Of a stretch of 64,000 nt of DNA, positions 39,949 to 50,550 are shown piece by piece. Numbering within the stretch: the first letter of the stretch is position 1; each line of letters begins with the position of its first letter. The stretch is from NCBI GenBank assembly GCA_003649205.1, contig QMRC01000001.1, positions 64,001 to 128,000 on the forward strand, written 5' to 3'. The notes below the pieces were generated by a model. It had not been told where the DNA came from, ran no database searches, and was given only the letters and a program-made list of their open reading frames with translations. Source of the stretch: Thermoprotei archaeon (GTDB lineage Archaea; Thermoproteota; Thermoprotei; Thermoproteales; B15-G16). Position numbers and translations under genes: made by a program.

Positions 39949-40482
39949 TTGAGGAAAGAATTAGAGTATAGTACGGGTACAGTGTATGGGTTTGAGATGT
40001 TGGGTTTAAGTCATGAATTTGTGATTACAAAGCTCAAGGAAGCAGTCAACAAACTAGTCGAGAAGTATAGTGATAAAATCATTGCAGTTGGTCTCTTTGG
40101 TAGTTATGCAAGAGGAGAAGCAAATGAGAGAAGTGATGTTGATGTAATTGTGGTTGTGAGGAATTGGAATAGAGGTCTTGAAAGGAGATTCCAAATATAC
40201 GATGTACTTCATAGGTACTTACGGAGAGACATAACACTGATCGATCTCGATTACCAGGATATTGAGGAAATCTTAGCGAGAAGAAGAACGATAACCACAA
40301 CGATGCTGAACATCATTTACGACTGCATACCAGTGTACGACCCACTAAATATCTTGAAACAACTTAAGGAACTAGTTAGCAAGGTAATTTCAGAGCTAGG
40401 TCTTGAGAGGTACAGAGTAGGTAGAGCATATGGTTGGAAAAGGAGGGATGGAAATCCCCTCGTACCGATTAAATTAGAGTGA
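39949..40482 (+). CDS. MNT minimal nucleotidyltransferase (antitoxin)
   Basis: LFGSYARGE..SDVDVIVV. Confidence 0.88.
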   Translation: MRKELEYSTGTVYGFEMLGLSHEFVITKLKEAVNKLVEKYSDKIIAVGLFGSYARGEANERSDVDVIVVVRNWNRGLERRFQIYDVLHRYLRRDITLIDLDYQDIEEILARRRTITTTMLNIIYDCIPVYDPLNILKQLKELVSKVISELGLERYRVGRAYGWKRRDGNPLVPIKLE

Positions 40483-40491
40483 GGAGAGTAG

Positions 40492-40922
40492 ATGTACGAT
40501 CCACGTAGTGAGGTTAACTACAGGAGGAAGTTAGCTGAGGATACCTCAAGGAAGCTAAGAGAGCTTACGATCGAGATGATTGGAGAGATACTGTTGCCAA
40601 TGCTCAGCTAGCAGCAGAGAACGCAGCAAAAGCAATAATTGCGATATACAGGGCACCATCCTGGACACATGATCCATACTACGAACTACTAGATATCTTA
40701 GATAACCTACCGGAAGATGTGAGAGAAGGAGCAAAGGAAGTAGCGGAAATAGCACATACACTAGCTCCAGAACATGGAAGGACAACATATGGAGAACCAG
40801 CAAGGGGTTTAACCCCATAGGAACTCTACACAAGAGAAGATGCAGAAAAGGCTCTAAAACTAGCTCAAAAAGCAATTGAGAATCTAGATCGGATACTAAA
40901 GCGATTGGGTATAGAGATGTGA
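40492..40922 (+). pseudogene. HEPN-domain protein with a frameshift (~40539) and in-frame TAG (40818-40820)
   Basis: MYDPRSEVNYRRKLAE/YLKEAKRAY..AQLAAENAAKA..WTHDP..HGRTTYGEP..TP*ELYTREDAEKA. Confidence 0.85.
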
Positions 40923-41195
40923 ACCTAAACTCAGAAATGTTGGTAGGAGCCTGTACATCAGTGATCTCAAGGAGAAGTACTATAATGTTAGCTCGTACTG
41001 AATTTCGTGAGTATGGCCCTATAGTCATGCTCAGTTTTGCATTGCCGTTCTCTACAATGTTCACAATGTTTGTTAGTTAGCTAAGTGTATTCGTGAAGAT
41101 GGTATGCCTTAGTTCTGCTGATTATGATTAAGTGAGAAAGGTTTTTGAAACTCTTTGGTTTGGGGTAGCGGGGTTGTGTTGGGAGGTGTTGTTTA

Positions 41196-41648
41196 GTGCC
41201 TCATCGTAGTAGGCATAAGAAGGGTTCGTCAGGGTCTAAGAGACCTGCTAGAAAAACTCCACCACCATGGTGTAAGTACAGTCCTGAGGAAGTTGAGAAT
41301 CTAGTTGTTGAACTTGCTAGGAAAGGCTATGGTCCATCGATGATTGGTATAATTCTCAGGGATCAGTACGGTATTCCACTTGTTAAGCAAATTACTGGTA
41401 AGTCTATTACACAGATTCTAGAGGAGCATGGTCTTGCACCACAGATTCCTGAAGATCTCCAGGCACTAATTAAGAGAGCTATTAGGATTAGGAGGCATCT
41501 CGAGGAACATCCTAAGGATATGAGTGCTAAGCGTGGTCTAATTCTTGTTGAGTCGAAGATTCATAGGTTGGTGAAGTACTATAAGCGTGTTGGTAAGTTA
41601 CCACCAGATTGGGAGTATAGACCAGAGAAGATCAGTATATTTGGTTAA
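41196..41648 (+). CDS. rps15p: 30S ribosomal protein uS15
   Basis: [29 protein letters not shown]. Confidence 0.96.
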   Translation: MPHRSRHKKGSSGSKRPARKTPPPWCKYSPEEVENLVVELARKGYGPSMIGIILRDQYGIPLVKQITGKSITQILEEHGLAPQIPEDLQALIKRAIRIRRHLEEHPKDMSAKRGLILVESKIHRLVKYYKRVGKLPPDWEYRPEKISIFG

Positions 41649-41663
41649 GTGGGTTGTTGAGTA

Positions 41664-43139
41664 GTGATGGGTTATAGGGAGCTTCTAGAGTTAGTTAGGT
41701 ATGCTAGGGACTCAATTAGGAGGGATGTTATTGAGGAACAGAGTAGGTCGCTGATTGTTAGTCACTATGATGCTGATGGTCTTTGTTCTGCCGCTATCCT
41801 ATCGTCTACACTAGCTAGGTTCGGTATACCGTATCACATCAAGGTTTTTGAGCAGCTTGATGTTGAGTTGCTTAAGTACATAGCTTCACTTAGGTACGAG
41901 GTTGTGTTTTTGCTAGATATGGGTAGTGGTGTTTTGAATCTTGTTGCGGAGTACCTTAGGGATAAGAAGTTGGTCGTTATTGTTGATCATCATCAGCCTA
42001 GACAAGTTCCTTCACTTAGAGAAAACATCATTGAAGTTAATCCCCATAGAGTAAATGTCGATGGTTCAAGGGAGGTTAGTACGTCATCACTTACGTACTT
42101 TCTCGCTAGAGAGCTTCTTGGTGGTGTGAGTAGTTGTAGGAGGTTTATTCCTCTTGCTATTGCTGGTGCTCTTGGTGATAGACAGGATCAGGGTGAGAAG
42201 AAGAAGTTGATTGGTGTGAATAGGGTTGTGGTTGAGGAGGGTATTGTTCAGGGTGTTATTAGTGAGGAGATTGGTCTAAGGCTCTATGGTCTTAAGACTA
42301 GACCATTGGTTAAGTGTCTTGAGTACACAGTTGATCCGTATCTTCCTGGGTTGACAGGTAATGAGGAAATGTGTGTTAAGTTCCTGAAGTCTCTCGGTAT
42401 TGAACCTAGGGGGCCTGATGGTAGGTATAGGTACTTCACAGAACTCTCTGAAGATGAGATGAGGAGGATGGTTATTGGTCTAATTAGGTACTTGATTGAG
42501 CATGGCTATACTAGTGTTGAGGCTGAGGAGATTTTTGGATACAACTACTACAATAGGCTTGAATCTGAAGCTAGTCCATTCTACGACCTTAGAGAGTTCA
42601 GTGCTTACATGAACGCCTGTGGTAGGATGTATAGACATGGTCTTGGTATTCTCCTTGGTCAAGGTTACAGGAGTAGGGATGTTGTGGAGAAGGTCTTGGA
42701 GACGTATGTGGAGTATCGTAAAGTATTGAGTGGTGCGTTGAGAAGGATTAGGGATGCTAGGGATAAGTATGTTCGTGAGCTAGAACACATCTACGTACTG
42801 AATTGCAGGGGCGAAGTTAGTGATAGAGTGCTCGGTGCGGTAGCATCAATTGTTGCATCCTCAGGTATTCTTGGGTTGGATAAGCCACTTGTTGCTCTTA
42901 CTCAGTGGGAGGACTACATTAAGGTTTCACTTAGGAAGACTAGAGATCTTAGAGCTGAGTACCGTGAGGTGAATCTCGGTCAGATTGTGGAGAAGGTAGC
43001 TACTGAGGTTGGTGGTGTTGGTGGTGGGCATAGGGATGCTGCTGGTGCTAAGATCCCACTAGGTACTGCCGAGGAATTCGTTTCTAAGCTAAATGAGGAG
43101 ATCGGGGCTCAAGCACATGTTAAAGAAGGTAGTAAGTGA
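41664..43139 (+). CDS. RecJ/Cdc45-like DHH phosphoesterase (GAN-type)
   Basis: HYDADG, DMG, DHH, GDRQ, GGGH..AAG; rps15-DHH-pcc-rps3ae context. Confidence 0.85.
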   Translation: MMGYRELLELVRYARDSIRRDVIEEQSRSLIVSHYDADGLCSAAILSSTLARFGIPYHIKVFEQLDVELLKYIASLRYEVVFLLDMGSGVLNLVAEYLRDKKLVVIVDHHQPRQVPSLRENIIEVNPHRVNVDGSREVSTSSLTYFLARELLGGVSSCRRFIPLAIAGALGDRQDQGEKKKLIGVNRVVVEEGIVQGVISEEIGLRLYGLKTRPLVKCLEYTVDPYLPGLTGNEEMCVKFLKSLGIEPRGPDGRYRYFTELSEDEMRRMVIGLIRYLIEHGYTSVEAEEIFGYNYYNRLESEASPFYDLREFSAYMNACGRMYRHGLGILLGQGYRSRDVVEKVLETYVEYRKVLSGALRRIRDARDKYVRELEHIYVLNCRGEVSDRVLGAVASIVASSGILGLDKPLVALTQWEDYIKVSLRKTRDLRAEYREVNLGQIVEKVATEVGGVGGGHRDAAGAKIPLGTAEEFVSKLNEEIGAQAHVKEGSK

Positions 43140-43371
43140 ACTGAGGTTAGTGACAGAGTTCAACTATAGTTTGAGATTTGCTCTAGAAGTAGATAATGTT
43201 GATTTGCCGGAGAAGCTTGAGCTACTTCAAGTGATGTGTCAAGGGAATGAGCTCATCATTAAAGTTATCGCGAAGGATCTAGGTACTCTACGGAATACAG
43301 TAAATGATGTTCTTAGGTGTCTCTACTCAGCTATGTCTACTCTCCAATCTTTGAACGTGGATAAAGCTTAA
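43093..43371 (+). CDS. KEOPS Pcc1-like protein
   Basis: ALEVDN, IKVIAKDLGTLRNTVNDVLR. Confidence 0.75.
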   Translation: MRRSGLKHMLKKVVSELRLVTEFNYSLRFALEVDNVDLPEKLELLQVMCQGNELIIKVIAKDLGTLRNTVNDVLRCLYSAMSTLQSLNVDKA

Positions 43372-43407
43372 TTACTACTGGTTCTATGTCTCGTGAGAGG
43401 TTGAGGT

Positions 43408-44073
43408 ATGAGTAGAGTAGCTAGGAAAGATAGGTGGGCACTGAAGAAGTGGTATACTGTGTACGCCTCAAGCGCATTTGGCTATGCAGAGCTAGGTGAG
43501 GTACCTGCGCTTGTACCTGAGTACTTAATAGGTAGGACTATTGAGGTTACGCTCTTTGACATAACTAAGGATATATCGCAACTGCATGTGAAGCTGAAGT
43601 TCCAGATAAAGAGAGTTGAAGGTGATAAGGCATATACTCAGTTCAAGGGGATGGAGTTAGCTAGGGACTACATAAGGAGCTTAGTTAGAAGAGGAACAAC
43701 AAAAGTTGATGGATACATCGATGTTTTTACGAAGGATGGTAATCACCTAAGAGTTGGTTTTCTAGCAGTCACGGCATATAGGTGTAAGAAGTCTCAAGAG
43801 AGAGCAATTAGGAAAATAGCTTTTGAGACTATAGCTGAGAAGGCTTCACAGTTAGGTTTCGATGAGTTCATTCAGGAGGCAGTCTTAGGTAAGATAGCTG
43901 CTGAAATCTTTGCAAGAGCAAAGAAGATCTATCCACTGAAGAAGGTTGAGATCATGAAGATTAAGGTCTTCTCAGCACCACCTGTGTTAACACCTGAAGA
44001 ATATGAGGCGCAGAGAAGAGCTGCTGAGAAAGCTGTTGAGAAAGTTCCAGCAGAAGCAACATCACCAACATAG
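43408..44073 (+). CDS. rps3ae: 30S ribosomal protein eS1 (S3ae)
   Basis: [25 protein letters not shown]. Confidence 0.96.
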   Translation: MSRVARKDRWALKKWYTVYASSAFGYAELGEVPALVPEYLIGRTIEVTLFDITKDISQLHVKLKFQIKRVEGDKAYTQFKGMELARDYIRSLVRRGTTKVDGYIDVFTKDGNHLRVGFLAVTAYRCKKSQERAIRKIAFETIAEKASQLGFDEFIQEAVLGKIAAEIFARAKKIYPLKKVEIMKIKVFSAPPVLTPEEYEAQRRAAEKAVEKVPAEATSPT

Positions 44074-44075
44074 CA

Positions 44076-45722
44076 GTGAAGGCATTAATTCGTGAGAAGA
44101 ACGTAGTTAGGAAGAATTTGAAGAGAGTAGACTTAGCGATCTGTCTCTGCTATCCAAGTACCTACAGAGTATCTATAGCGAGCTACTCCACGCACCTGAT
44201 CTATCTATTGCTTAATTCGAGAGATGATGTTGCTTGTGAGAGGTCAGTATATGCTCTAGATGAAGATGAGTATAGGAGAGGTGGTCAACGTAATCCACGT
44301 AGTATAGAGTCGCAGACTCCTCTCAATAGATTTCATGTTTTAGCGTTTTCAATACATTATGAGAAGGATGTGGTTAACGTATTGAGGATGTTGAAGAGGG
44401 CTGGTATTCCACTTAGAAGGGACGTGAGAGTGAAAAATGGTGGACCAATTGTCATTGCTGGTGGTCCAGTGGTTATTGAGAATCCACGTCCTTTAGAAGA
44501 TTTTGTTGATGCATTCTTAATTGGCGAGATAGAGCCAGTATTTAATGAGGTTGTCGATAAATTGAAGGATGCTATTGATGCTAGAGACCCATCTTACCTT
44601 GCTGATCTACCGTACATGTACGTACCTGGATACAGTACGAAGGTTAGGAGAGTATTTGCTACGAACCTAGATGAGGCCCCACATCCAACTCAGCAAATTA
44701 TGCCTCTAGATGATAGGTATCTACTATTTGGTAGGTCATTTCTCCTCGAAATCTCTAGGGGTTGTGGATGGGGTTGTAGATTTTGTCTCTCTGGTTATGT
44801 GTATAGACCGCCAAGACATAGATCACTATCCCTACTCATTGATGTGTTAGAGGAAGTTAGTGAGGAGGAAGGTCTAGAGAAGGTAGCTTTGATATCACCT
44901 ACATTACTCGACTATCCTGATCTTGATGAGCTACTGAAGCACATCTGTGAGGAGAGGAAATTCAAGATCTCAACACCATCTATGAGAGCTGATTTACTAA
45001 GTGAGGAAGTTCTTGAGCTTCTCGTCAAGGGTGGTCAAACTACGATTACCCTAGCTCCAGAAACAGCGAATCCACGTATAGGTAGGTACATTGGTAAGCT
45101 AATACCAAGTGATGAGCTTGTTCAGGTGTGTGAACTACTTAGGAGGTACAGAGTTAGGAAGTTGAAGCTCTACTACATGATTGGTTTACCTACTGAATCT
45201 CTTGAGGATGTTGTGTCGATAGCTAGTCAGGTTAAGTTGATAAGGGAGGTGTATGGGGGTAGTGTTGTGTTGAATGTAACTCCTTTCATACCTAAACCTC
45301 ACACACCATTTCAGTGGTTTAAACCAGCTTCACTTCAGTATCTCGAACACGCTATTGACGTCCTCAGACGTAATGTCACCGATGTTGAGTTACGTATATT
45401 CTCTCCTCGAGATGCACTAATCGAAGCATTAATCTGTAGATCAGGACCAGAGTTAGGCCGTATTCTCGAGTACATCGTGGTTAATGAGATTCCAAACACT
45501 TTGAGAGGATGGTTAAGAGCATGCAGTGAACTGGGAGTAAATATGTGGGATCTCGTGTACCGTAAGTACTCACTAGATGAGGAGCTACCGTGGGATATTA
45601 TTGAGGGAGTACCATCTAAGAAGTTCCTCATTGAGGAGTTCTATAGAGCCGAGAGGGGTGAGAGTGTTCTCAAGTGTAATGGTCACTGTAGTACCTGTGA
45701 TATATGTTGCTTAGCGAGGTGA
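44076..45722 (+). CDS. Radical SAM protein with B12-binding-like N-domain and Cys-rich C-terminus
   Basis: [57 protein letters not shown]. Confidence 0.85.
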
Positions 45723-45738
45723 GCTGCGGACTAGAGAG

Positions 45739-46773
45739 CTAATCAGTAATTTCCTTAAGCTTCATATCCTTAGGAAGTACCTCCCTAAGGAGTGCTATAC
45801 ACCTCTCAACTAGTTCATCTACGTCGTACTCACCTCTAACTGTTAAAGCAGCAGCAAGGCTGTGACCACCACCAGCACCTTTGAGCTTACTAGCTAGGTA
45901 CTCCATTAGCTTTGAAGTAGCTATACCTGTAACCTCAATAAATCTCTGAGATGCACGTGTGCTTATACGGACCTCACCATTATGTGAACCAACCACAATA
46001 GCTAGGTCTGCACCAGCATCGATGAGAGCTCTTGCCGCTGATCCTTCGTAGGCACTTACATGCGATACAGCAATTATCACGTCATCACCTAACTTAAGCA
46101 TCCTTGCTCGCTTAATTGACTTTAGACGAGCAACTCTCTCAGCAAAGGAAGGTCTCTGATACATACTCTCGAGAACTAGACCATAGTTACCACCTTTCTC
46201 AATTAACTCAGCAACCACACGAAATACTCTAGGAGAAACAATGACAAATCTCCTCGTATCAAACACTATACCTCCAAGGAGAAGTGTTAGTGCTTGCTTA
46301 GGTAACTCAATGCCATACTCACTAGCTAGTTCATAAACTAACTCAGATGAGGAGGATGCTTTAGGGTCATAGAGGTAGAAACTAGCTAGTGAAAGCAGCT
46401 CACTATAGGTCTCATGATGATCGATTAGACCGATCTTCACATCACCACTCTCTACTAGGTTCCTCACGTAATCCATTACTAGACCTGTCTGTTCAATTCT
46501 AGCAACATCAATTAGAAGTACGAAGTCACGTGGTTGAAGATGTGGCTCTCTACTGTAGTCATAGCTAATACCCACTTTACTCAGTAGCTGTTTCGAAGCA
46601 TGGCTAATACCATCAGGATGAACAATACTTACCTCAGTACCACGCACTATGTTCTCAACAACTAGCTTAGTGGCGTAAGCTGAAGCAACGGCATCTGGGT
46701 CAGCATTCCTGTGAGTTATAATAACGACCCTACCTGCATCAGCTACTTGATTCCGAAGATCTCCCTTCCTCAT
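45739..46773 (-). CDS. DHH/DHHA1 phosphoesterase (NrnA-like)
   Basis: THRNADPDA, IDHH, DT..F, GGGH; start set at MRKGDL. Confidence 0.88.
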   Translation of the reverse strand: MRKGDLRNQVADAGRVVIITHRNADPDAVASAYATKLVVENIVRGTEVSIVHPDGISHASKQLLSKVGISYDYSREPHLQPRDFVLLIDVARIEQTGLVMDYVRNLVESGDVKIGLIDHHETYSELLSLASFYLYDPKASSSSELVYELASEYGIELPKQALTLLLGGIVFDTRRFVIVSPRVFRVVAELIEKGGNYGLVLESMYQRPSFAERVARLKSIKRARMLKLGDDVIIAVSHVSAYEGSAARALIDAGADLAIVVGSHNGEVRISTRASQRFIEVTGIATSKLMEYLASKLKGAGGGHSLAAALTVRGEYDVDELVERCIALLREVLPKDMKLKEITD

Positions 46774-47053
46774 TACTGCTACCCCTCCTGTACCTCTCCA
46801 ATAACTCATCAGCTACCTTAAGTCCATACTCAATAGCTTCATCAATCAACTTATTTAGGCTACCTCTGTAGAATGGTGAGGTCTCAATAGTGACCTCAAT
46901 ACTTACCTCGTACGGGTACTCTCTGGTTATGTCAACTCTCACATCGAGAGAAAAAAGTTGGTACTCAGGTACACGTTCCAGGACGTATTCACAGACTTTA
47001 GACGCAATCTCTTCACAGAGCTTAATCCTCTCCTCTTCAGTAAGCACCTTCAT
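46739..47053 (-). CDS. DUF3194-like conserved archaeal protein
   Basis: Size, acidic alpha/beta pattern, position after prefoldin beta. Confidence 0.65.
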   Translation of the reverse strand: MKVLTEEERIKLCEEIASKVCEYVLERVPEYQLFSLDVRVDITREYPYEVSIEVTIETSPFYRGSLNKLIDEAIEYGLKVADELLERYRRGSSNEEGRSSESSS

Positions 47054-47054
47054 G

Positions 47055-47444
47055 CTAACCTGCTGTTTGCTGAGCTTGCTGTCTTAACCTACTCAGCTCT
47101 TCACTAACTTTCTTACTTAATTCCTCAATTTGCTTCCTAAGTAGTGACTCCTGTCTTGAGAGTGTCTTTATGTGTAGCTCAACGATCTCTCTCCTCTCTT
47201 TGAGATCTTGAAGAGCTTTATCTCTCGTACTTGCAACCAATATTGGACCAGCAATCTTATACACAGGAGTGTTCTCACTAATCTTCTCTAGCTCACTAAT
47301 GGCACTTTCTATCTCCCTCAGTTCATTCTCCCATTGTTGTCTCCTCATGATCAGCATCTGAAGCTGTTCCTGAAGTTGCTGTAGTCTCCCAATTTCAGCC
47401 TGTAGATGTGGAGGTAGGTTCCTTAAGTCAATCGTCGTACTCAT
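47055..47444 (-). CDS. pfdB: Prefoldin beta subunit
   Basis: Coiled coils around VYKIAGPILV hairpin. Confidence 0.92.
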   Translation of the reverse strand: MSTTIDLRNLPPHLQAEIGRLQQLQEQLQMLIMRRQQWENELREIESAISELEKISENTPVYKIAGPILVASTRDKALQDLKERREIVELHIKTLSRQESLLRKQIEELSKKVSEELSRLRQQAQQTAG

Positions 47445-47477
47445 GGCAAACCCTCCGAATTCGTGTTCTCAAGTCAA

Positions 47478-47810
47478 TTACTTCTTATTATCCTTTCGCT
47501 GTACTTCACTACTTGAGAGTAGCGAGAGTGTGTTCACAACAACTAATGCAGCTCTTAAGTAGCTATTGAGTAGTGCCCTTAGTGCCGAGATATCTTGTGC
47601 TTCAACAACTATCTCAACTGCAGCACCCTTTCTACTAATACTAGCACACCCACGCTCGCTCAATCTCTCCTTCACATCTACCTCTAAGCTACGGTACACG
47701 GTATCCGCTTCGTGTTCAGTATCGAAGTGAAGCTCTATCTTACAGCTGTGTCTGTACTTCCTCACGTTTTTGAACCTCGTACTTAAGCCCCTTATACACA
47801 AACTTCTCAA
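47478..47810 (-). CDS. KEOPS Pcc1-like protein (second paralog)
   Basis: VYRSLEVD, EAQDISALRALLNSYLR. Confidence 0.8.
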   Translation of the reverse strand: MRSLCIRGLSTRFKNVRKYRHSCKIELHFDTEHEADTVYRSLEVDVKERLSERGCASISRKGAAVEIVVEAQDISALRALLNSYLRAALVVVNTLSLLSSSEVQRKDNKK

Positions 47811-48354
47811 TCCTTAGCTCAGGTCCAATAGGTTTGAAGCTCCTGGAGTCGAGGAAATTCAGTATTATAAGGTACTTGTACCTAGCCTTTCTAGCATATA
47901 TCAAACTGTCACAGCTACCTCTTAAGTCGTGTAGCTTAGGTACAGAGCACGAGGGTAGATCCAGTACCTCTGCAAGAGCTTCAGTAAATATGTGAACGAA
48001 ATCAGGTTGGTGATCTTCCGTAACGATCATGGCTGAACTCACCTTATGTGGCTTAATACCTTCAGGAAACTCTCTAAGAAGCTTCACACCCCCCATCACA
48101 ATAGCTAGTGGTAGGAAGTAGTAAGTATCCTCCTCAACCTTCATGAACTTCATGTGACCAGGATTACCGCCCTTCCTAGCACCAACAATTATCACGTGAT
48201 CTAAACCAAGCTCATAGGCTCTAATAGCAACAGCCTCAATATTCATCTTACCCCTATTAACCTTGATAGCGTTGGGAAGCGCAGCAGCTAACTCCTTACA
48301 GAAAGACCTTATCCTCGGTGTAGGTCTTCGTGTCGTAGTAACCATTATACCCAT
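47740..48354 (-). CDS. Brix/Imp4-domain ribosome biogenesis protein
   Basis: TTTRRPTPRIRSF, NRGKMN, GNPG, IGPEL. Confidence 0.88.
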   Translation of the reverse strand: MGIMVTTTRRPTPRIRSFCKELAAALPNAIKVNRGKMNIEAVAIRAYELGLDHVIIVGARKGGNPGHMKFMKVEEDTYYFLPLAIVMGGVKLLREFPEGIKPHKVSSAMIVTEDHQPDFVHIFTEALAEVLDLPSCSVPKLHDLRGSCDSLIYARKARYKYLIILNFLDSRSFKPIGPELRIEKFVYKGLKYEVQKREEVQTQL

Positions 48355-48410
48355 GCAACTAGCTACCTCAAGGAAATTTCTTCAGAAGAAAGAAGGTGTT
48401 GATTACTAGA

Positions 48411-48743
48411 TTACTCTTCTCTCTCCTTCTTTAGCTTCTCCTTCACGTACTCTCTCCACTTCTGCTTCTCAAGCTCAAATACCTTATACTCTTCAGGTGC
48501 AAATGTCTTACCTAGAGAGGTCTGTGGTACCCAAGCACCACCAGCAAATACATGACCGCACTTCCTACATCTCCATATACCAACTGCAATCCTCTCGAAT
48601 TTGGTTAGTGTTCTACAGATTGGACATCTATGTTTCCCACGCTGCTTAACCTCGATCTGGGTGATCTTCCTACGTAAGCTAGCACCGTATCTTGCACCGT
48701 ATCTTCCTGCTGGACCAACAACCTTTGTGTGTGAGAATGGCAT
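48411..48743 (-). CDS. rpl37ae: 50S ribosomal protein eL43 (L37ae)
   Basis: GRYGARYGASLR, CPIC..GIWRCRKC..AGGAW. Confidence 0.95.
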   Translation of the reverse strand: MPFSHTKVVGPAGRYGARYGASLRRKITQIEVKQRGKHRCPICRTLTKFERIAVGIWRCRKCGHVFAGGAWVPQTSLGKTFAPEEYKVFELEKQKWREYVKEKLKKEREE

Positions 48744-48794
48744 GGTTATCTACTCCCTAGAACGTGTGTTAGTTCATAAAGATTACTCTCTTAC

Positions 48795-49622
48795 CTATGT
48801 ACCTACCTTCTTAATTGCTTCGAAGATCTTATTCCTAAGCTCATTTGATACCTGTACAGCCATGTCAATGGCTTTGTGCACTTCTTCTATCGTGAAGTAA
48901 CCTCCTAATCCCTTCTGTATTGCACACACTTTTCCCTCTTCATTAACTGCTATACTGAGCCTAGCATCCATGACCAGTTCCTCGTCAAGACATGGATCGA
49001 CAACTATGTGATCACCTATCTTAGCCATCGTTACTGTTACTGGGTAATGCTCTACAGGTAGTGGTTCGAGTGTTCTCTCATCAATCTTAACTTCACCTCC
49101 TTCGACAGTTACCTTGGGTAACTTCGTATTCAGTAGCGCTGTCAACGCCGCTAGTGCTGACGCATCTATTAGATTACCATCATGATTCAGCACGTAGATG
49201 TCACACCATAGAACCCATACGTGTTTTCCAGGTACTATACATAGCTTCTCTAGATTTACAGCACCCGTACTCCTGAGTCCACGATCAACGACTCTAGCTA
49301 CTTCAATAGCATTTTCATCAGGTGGTCCTGGTTCAAATGTTGGTGATGCGAAAGGTACAAATTCTACATTTACCATTAAGGCACCTGCATCTGGTGTGTC
49401 AGGGAACGGTGCACCTATACCAGCCTTGATACCTGCTATAACCATTGTATTACCAAGCTTAACAAGTGCTGACCCATTAGCTCTCTCAACTATACCAGCT
49501 TCAATAGCTATTTGTCTGTACTCAGTTAGCTTCCTACCATCGATTCTAGAACCTTGTTGAAGCATTGCGTAGATAGTCTTCTTCTTGAGGTGAGGTATTA
49601 CCTCAAATGAAGCTTTAGACAC
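48795..49622 (-). CDS. rrp42: Exosome subunit Rrp42
   Basis: [32 protein letters not shown]. Confidence 0.95.
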   Translation of the reverse strand: MSKASFEVIPHLKKKTIYAMLQQGSRIDGRKLTEYRQIAIEAGIVERANGSALVKLGNTMVIAGIKAGIGAPFPDTPDAGALMVNVEFVPFASPTFEPGPPDENAIEVARVVDRGLRSTGAVNLEKLCIVPGKHVWVLWCDIYVLNHDGNLIDASALAALTALLNTKLPKVTVEGGEVKIDERTLEPLPVEHYPVTVTMAKIGDHIVVDPCLDEELVMDARLSIAVNEEGKVCAIQKGLGGYFTIEEVHKAIDMAVQVSNELRNKIFEAIKKVGT

Positions 49623-50364
49623 CTACCTCAACCTCCTCAATAACCTTCTCGTACTTTTTCCTAAGTGCTTCTTTCTGAAGCTCGTATATCTTCATGATAC
49701 CCTTCCTAGCTAACTCGAGAGCGTACTTGATTTCGTCTGGAGTCCAGACACCATCTGCCTGAAATAACGTTATCACACCCCTGGTAGGCATCATAGCTAC
49801 AGGCATATCACCTTCACCATACTCATCCTCTAGGTGATTTATGTCGAGTACGATGTGTCCCTGAACCTTACCAACAGCAACAGCTGCAACCAGGTCCCTA
49901 AGAGGTATTCCTGCATCAGCAAGTGCTAGGGATGCGGCAACAATGGAAGCGCACCTAGTACCACCATCAGCCTGCAGTACCTCAATATACACATCAATAG
50001 CGCATCTAGGAAATAGTTCGAGGAATATAGCTGGTTCAAGAGCTTCTCTAATGACCTTTGATAACTCGATCTCTCTCCTAGTTGGTGCAGGACTCTTCCT
50101 CTCACCATAAACACTAAATGGCGCCATGTGGTATCTACATCTCAGAACAGCTCTATCAGGTAGTGCAAGGTGCTTTGGATGTAGCTCTCTAGGACCGTAG
50201 ACAGCCGCTACAATTATGTTCTTACCCTGTCTGATCATTGCTGATCCATCGGCATTCTTCAGTACACCAACCTCAAGCTCTATGGGCCTAAGCTCATCGA
50301 ATGCTCTACCATCACATCTCTTTCCATCAGGTGTTATCAACGGTACTGGAGGACTCTTCTTCAT
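49615..50364 (-). CDS. rrp41: Exosome subunit Rrp41
   Basis: ADGSA, VYGPRE, QADGGTR. Confidence 0.96.
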   Translation of the reverse strand: MKKSPPVPLITPDGKRCDGRAFDELRPIELEVGVLKNADGSAMIRQGKNIIVAAVYGPRELHPKHLALPDRAVLRCRYHMAPFSVYGERKSPAPTRREIELSKVIREALEPAIFLELFPRCAIDVYIEVLQADGGTRCASIVAASLALADAGIPLRDLVAAVAVGKVQGHIVLDINHLEDEYGEGDMPVAMMPTRGVITLFQADGVWTPDEIKYALELARKGIMKIYELQKEALRKKYEKVIEEVEVGV

Positions 50365-50550
50365 AATTAAACCTCACATCAACACCCTAACTCACTAAGC
50401 ACCTCGCTACTCACACAAAACCAAACAACTTTATTACTTTAACCCAACTTCAGGGCAAATAAAACTACCTAAAGAGTTCGATGTACAGTGGAACACCATA
50501 CTAAGGATGAAGTAACTTTCCCCACAATGAAGTAGTGCCCTGGTGGGTCC

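Noticed and set aside
40818-40820. In-frame TAG codons (also 31658) as pyrrolysine or readthrough
   Set aside because: They occur alongside frameshifts in decaying genes, and TAG is a normal stop in many core genes here.
40555-41064. 169-aa minus-strand Leu-rich ORF
   Set aside because: Antisense shadow of the HEPN pseudogene.
41093-41150. C/D-like boxes upstream of rps15
   Set aside because: Guide spacing is wrong and the apparent D box is part of the rps15 TATA region.
41156-41163. Recurrent TTTGGTTT near several intergenic sites
   Set aside because: A handful of 8-mer copies in 64 kb is about what chance predicts.
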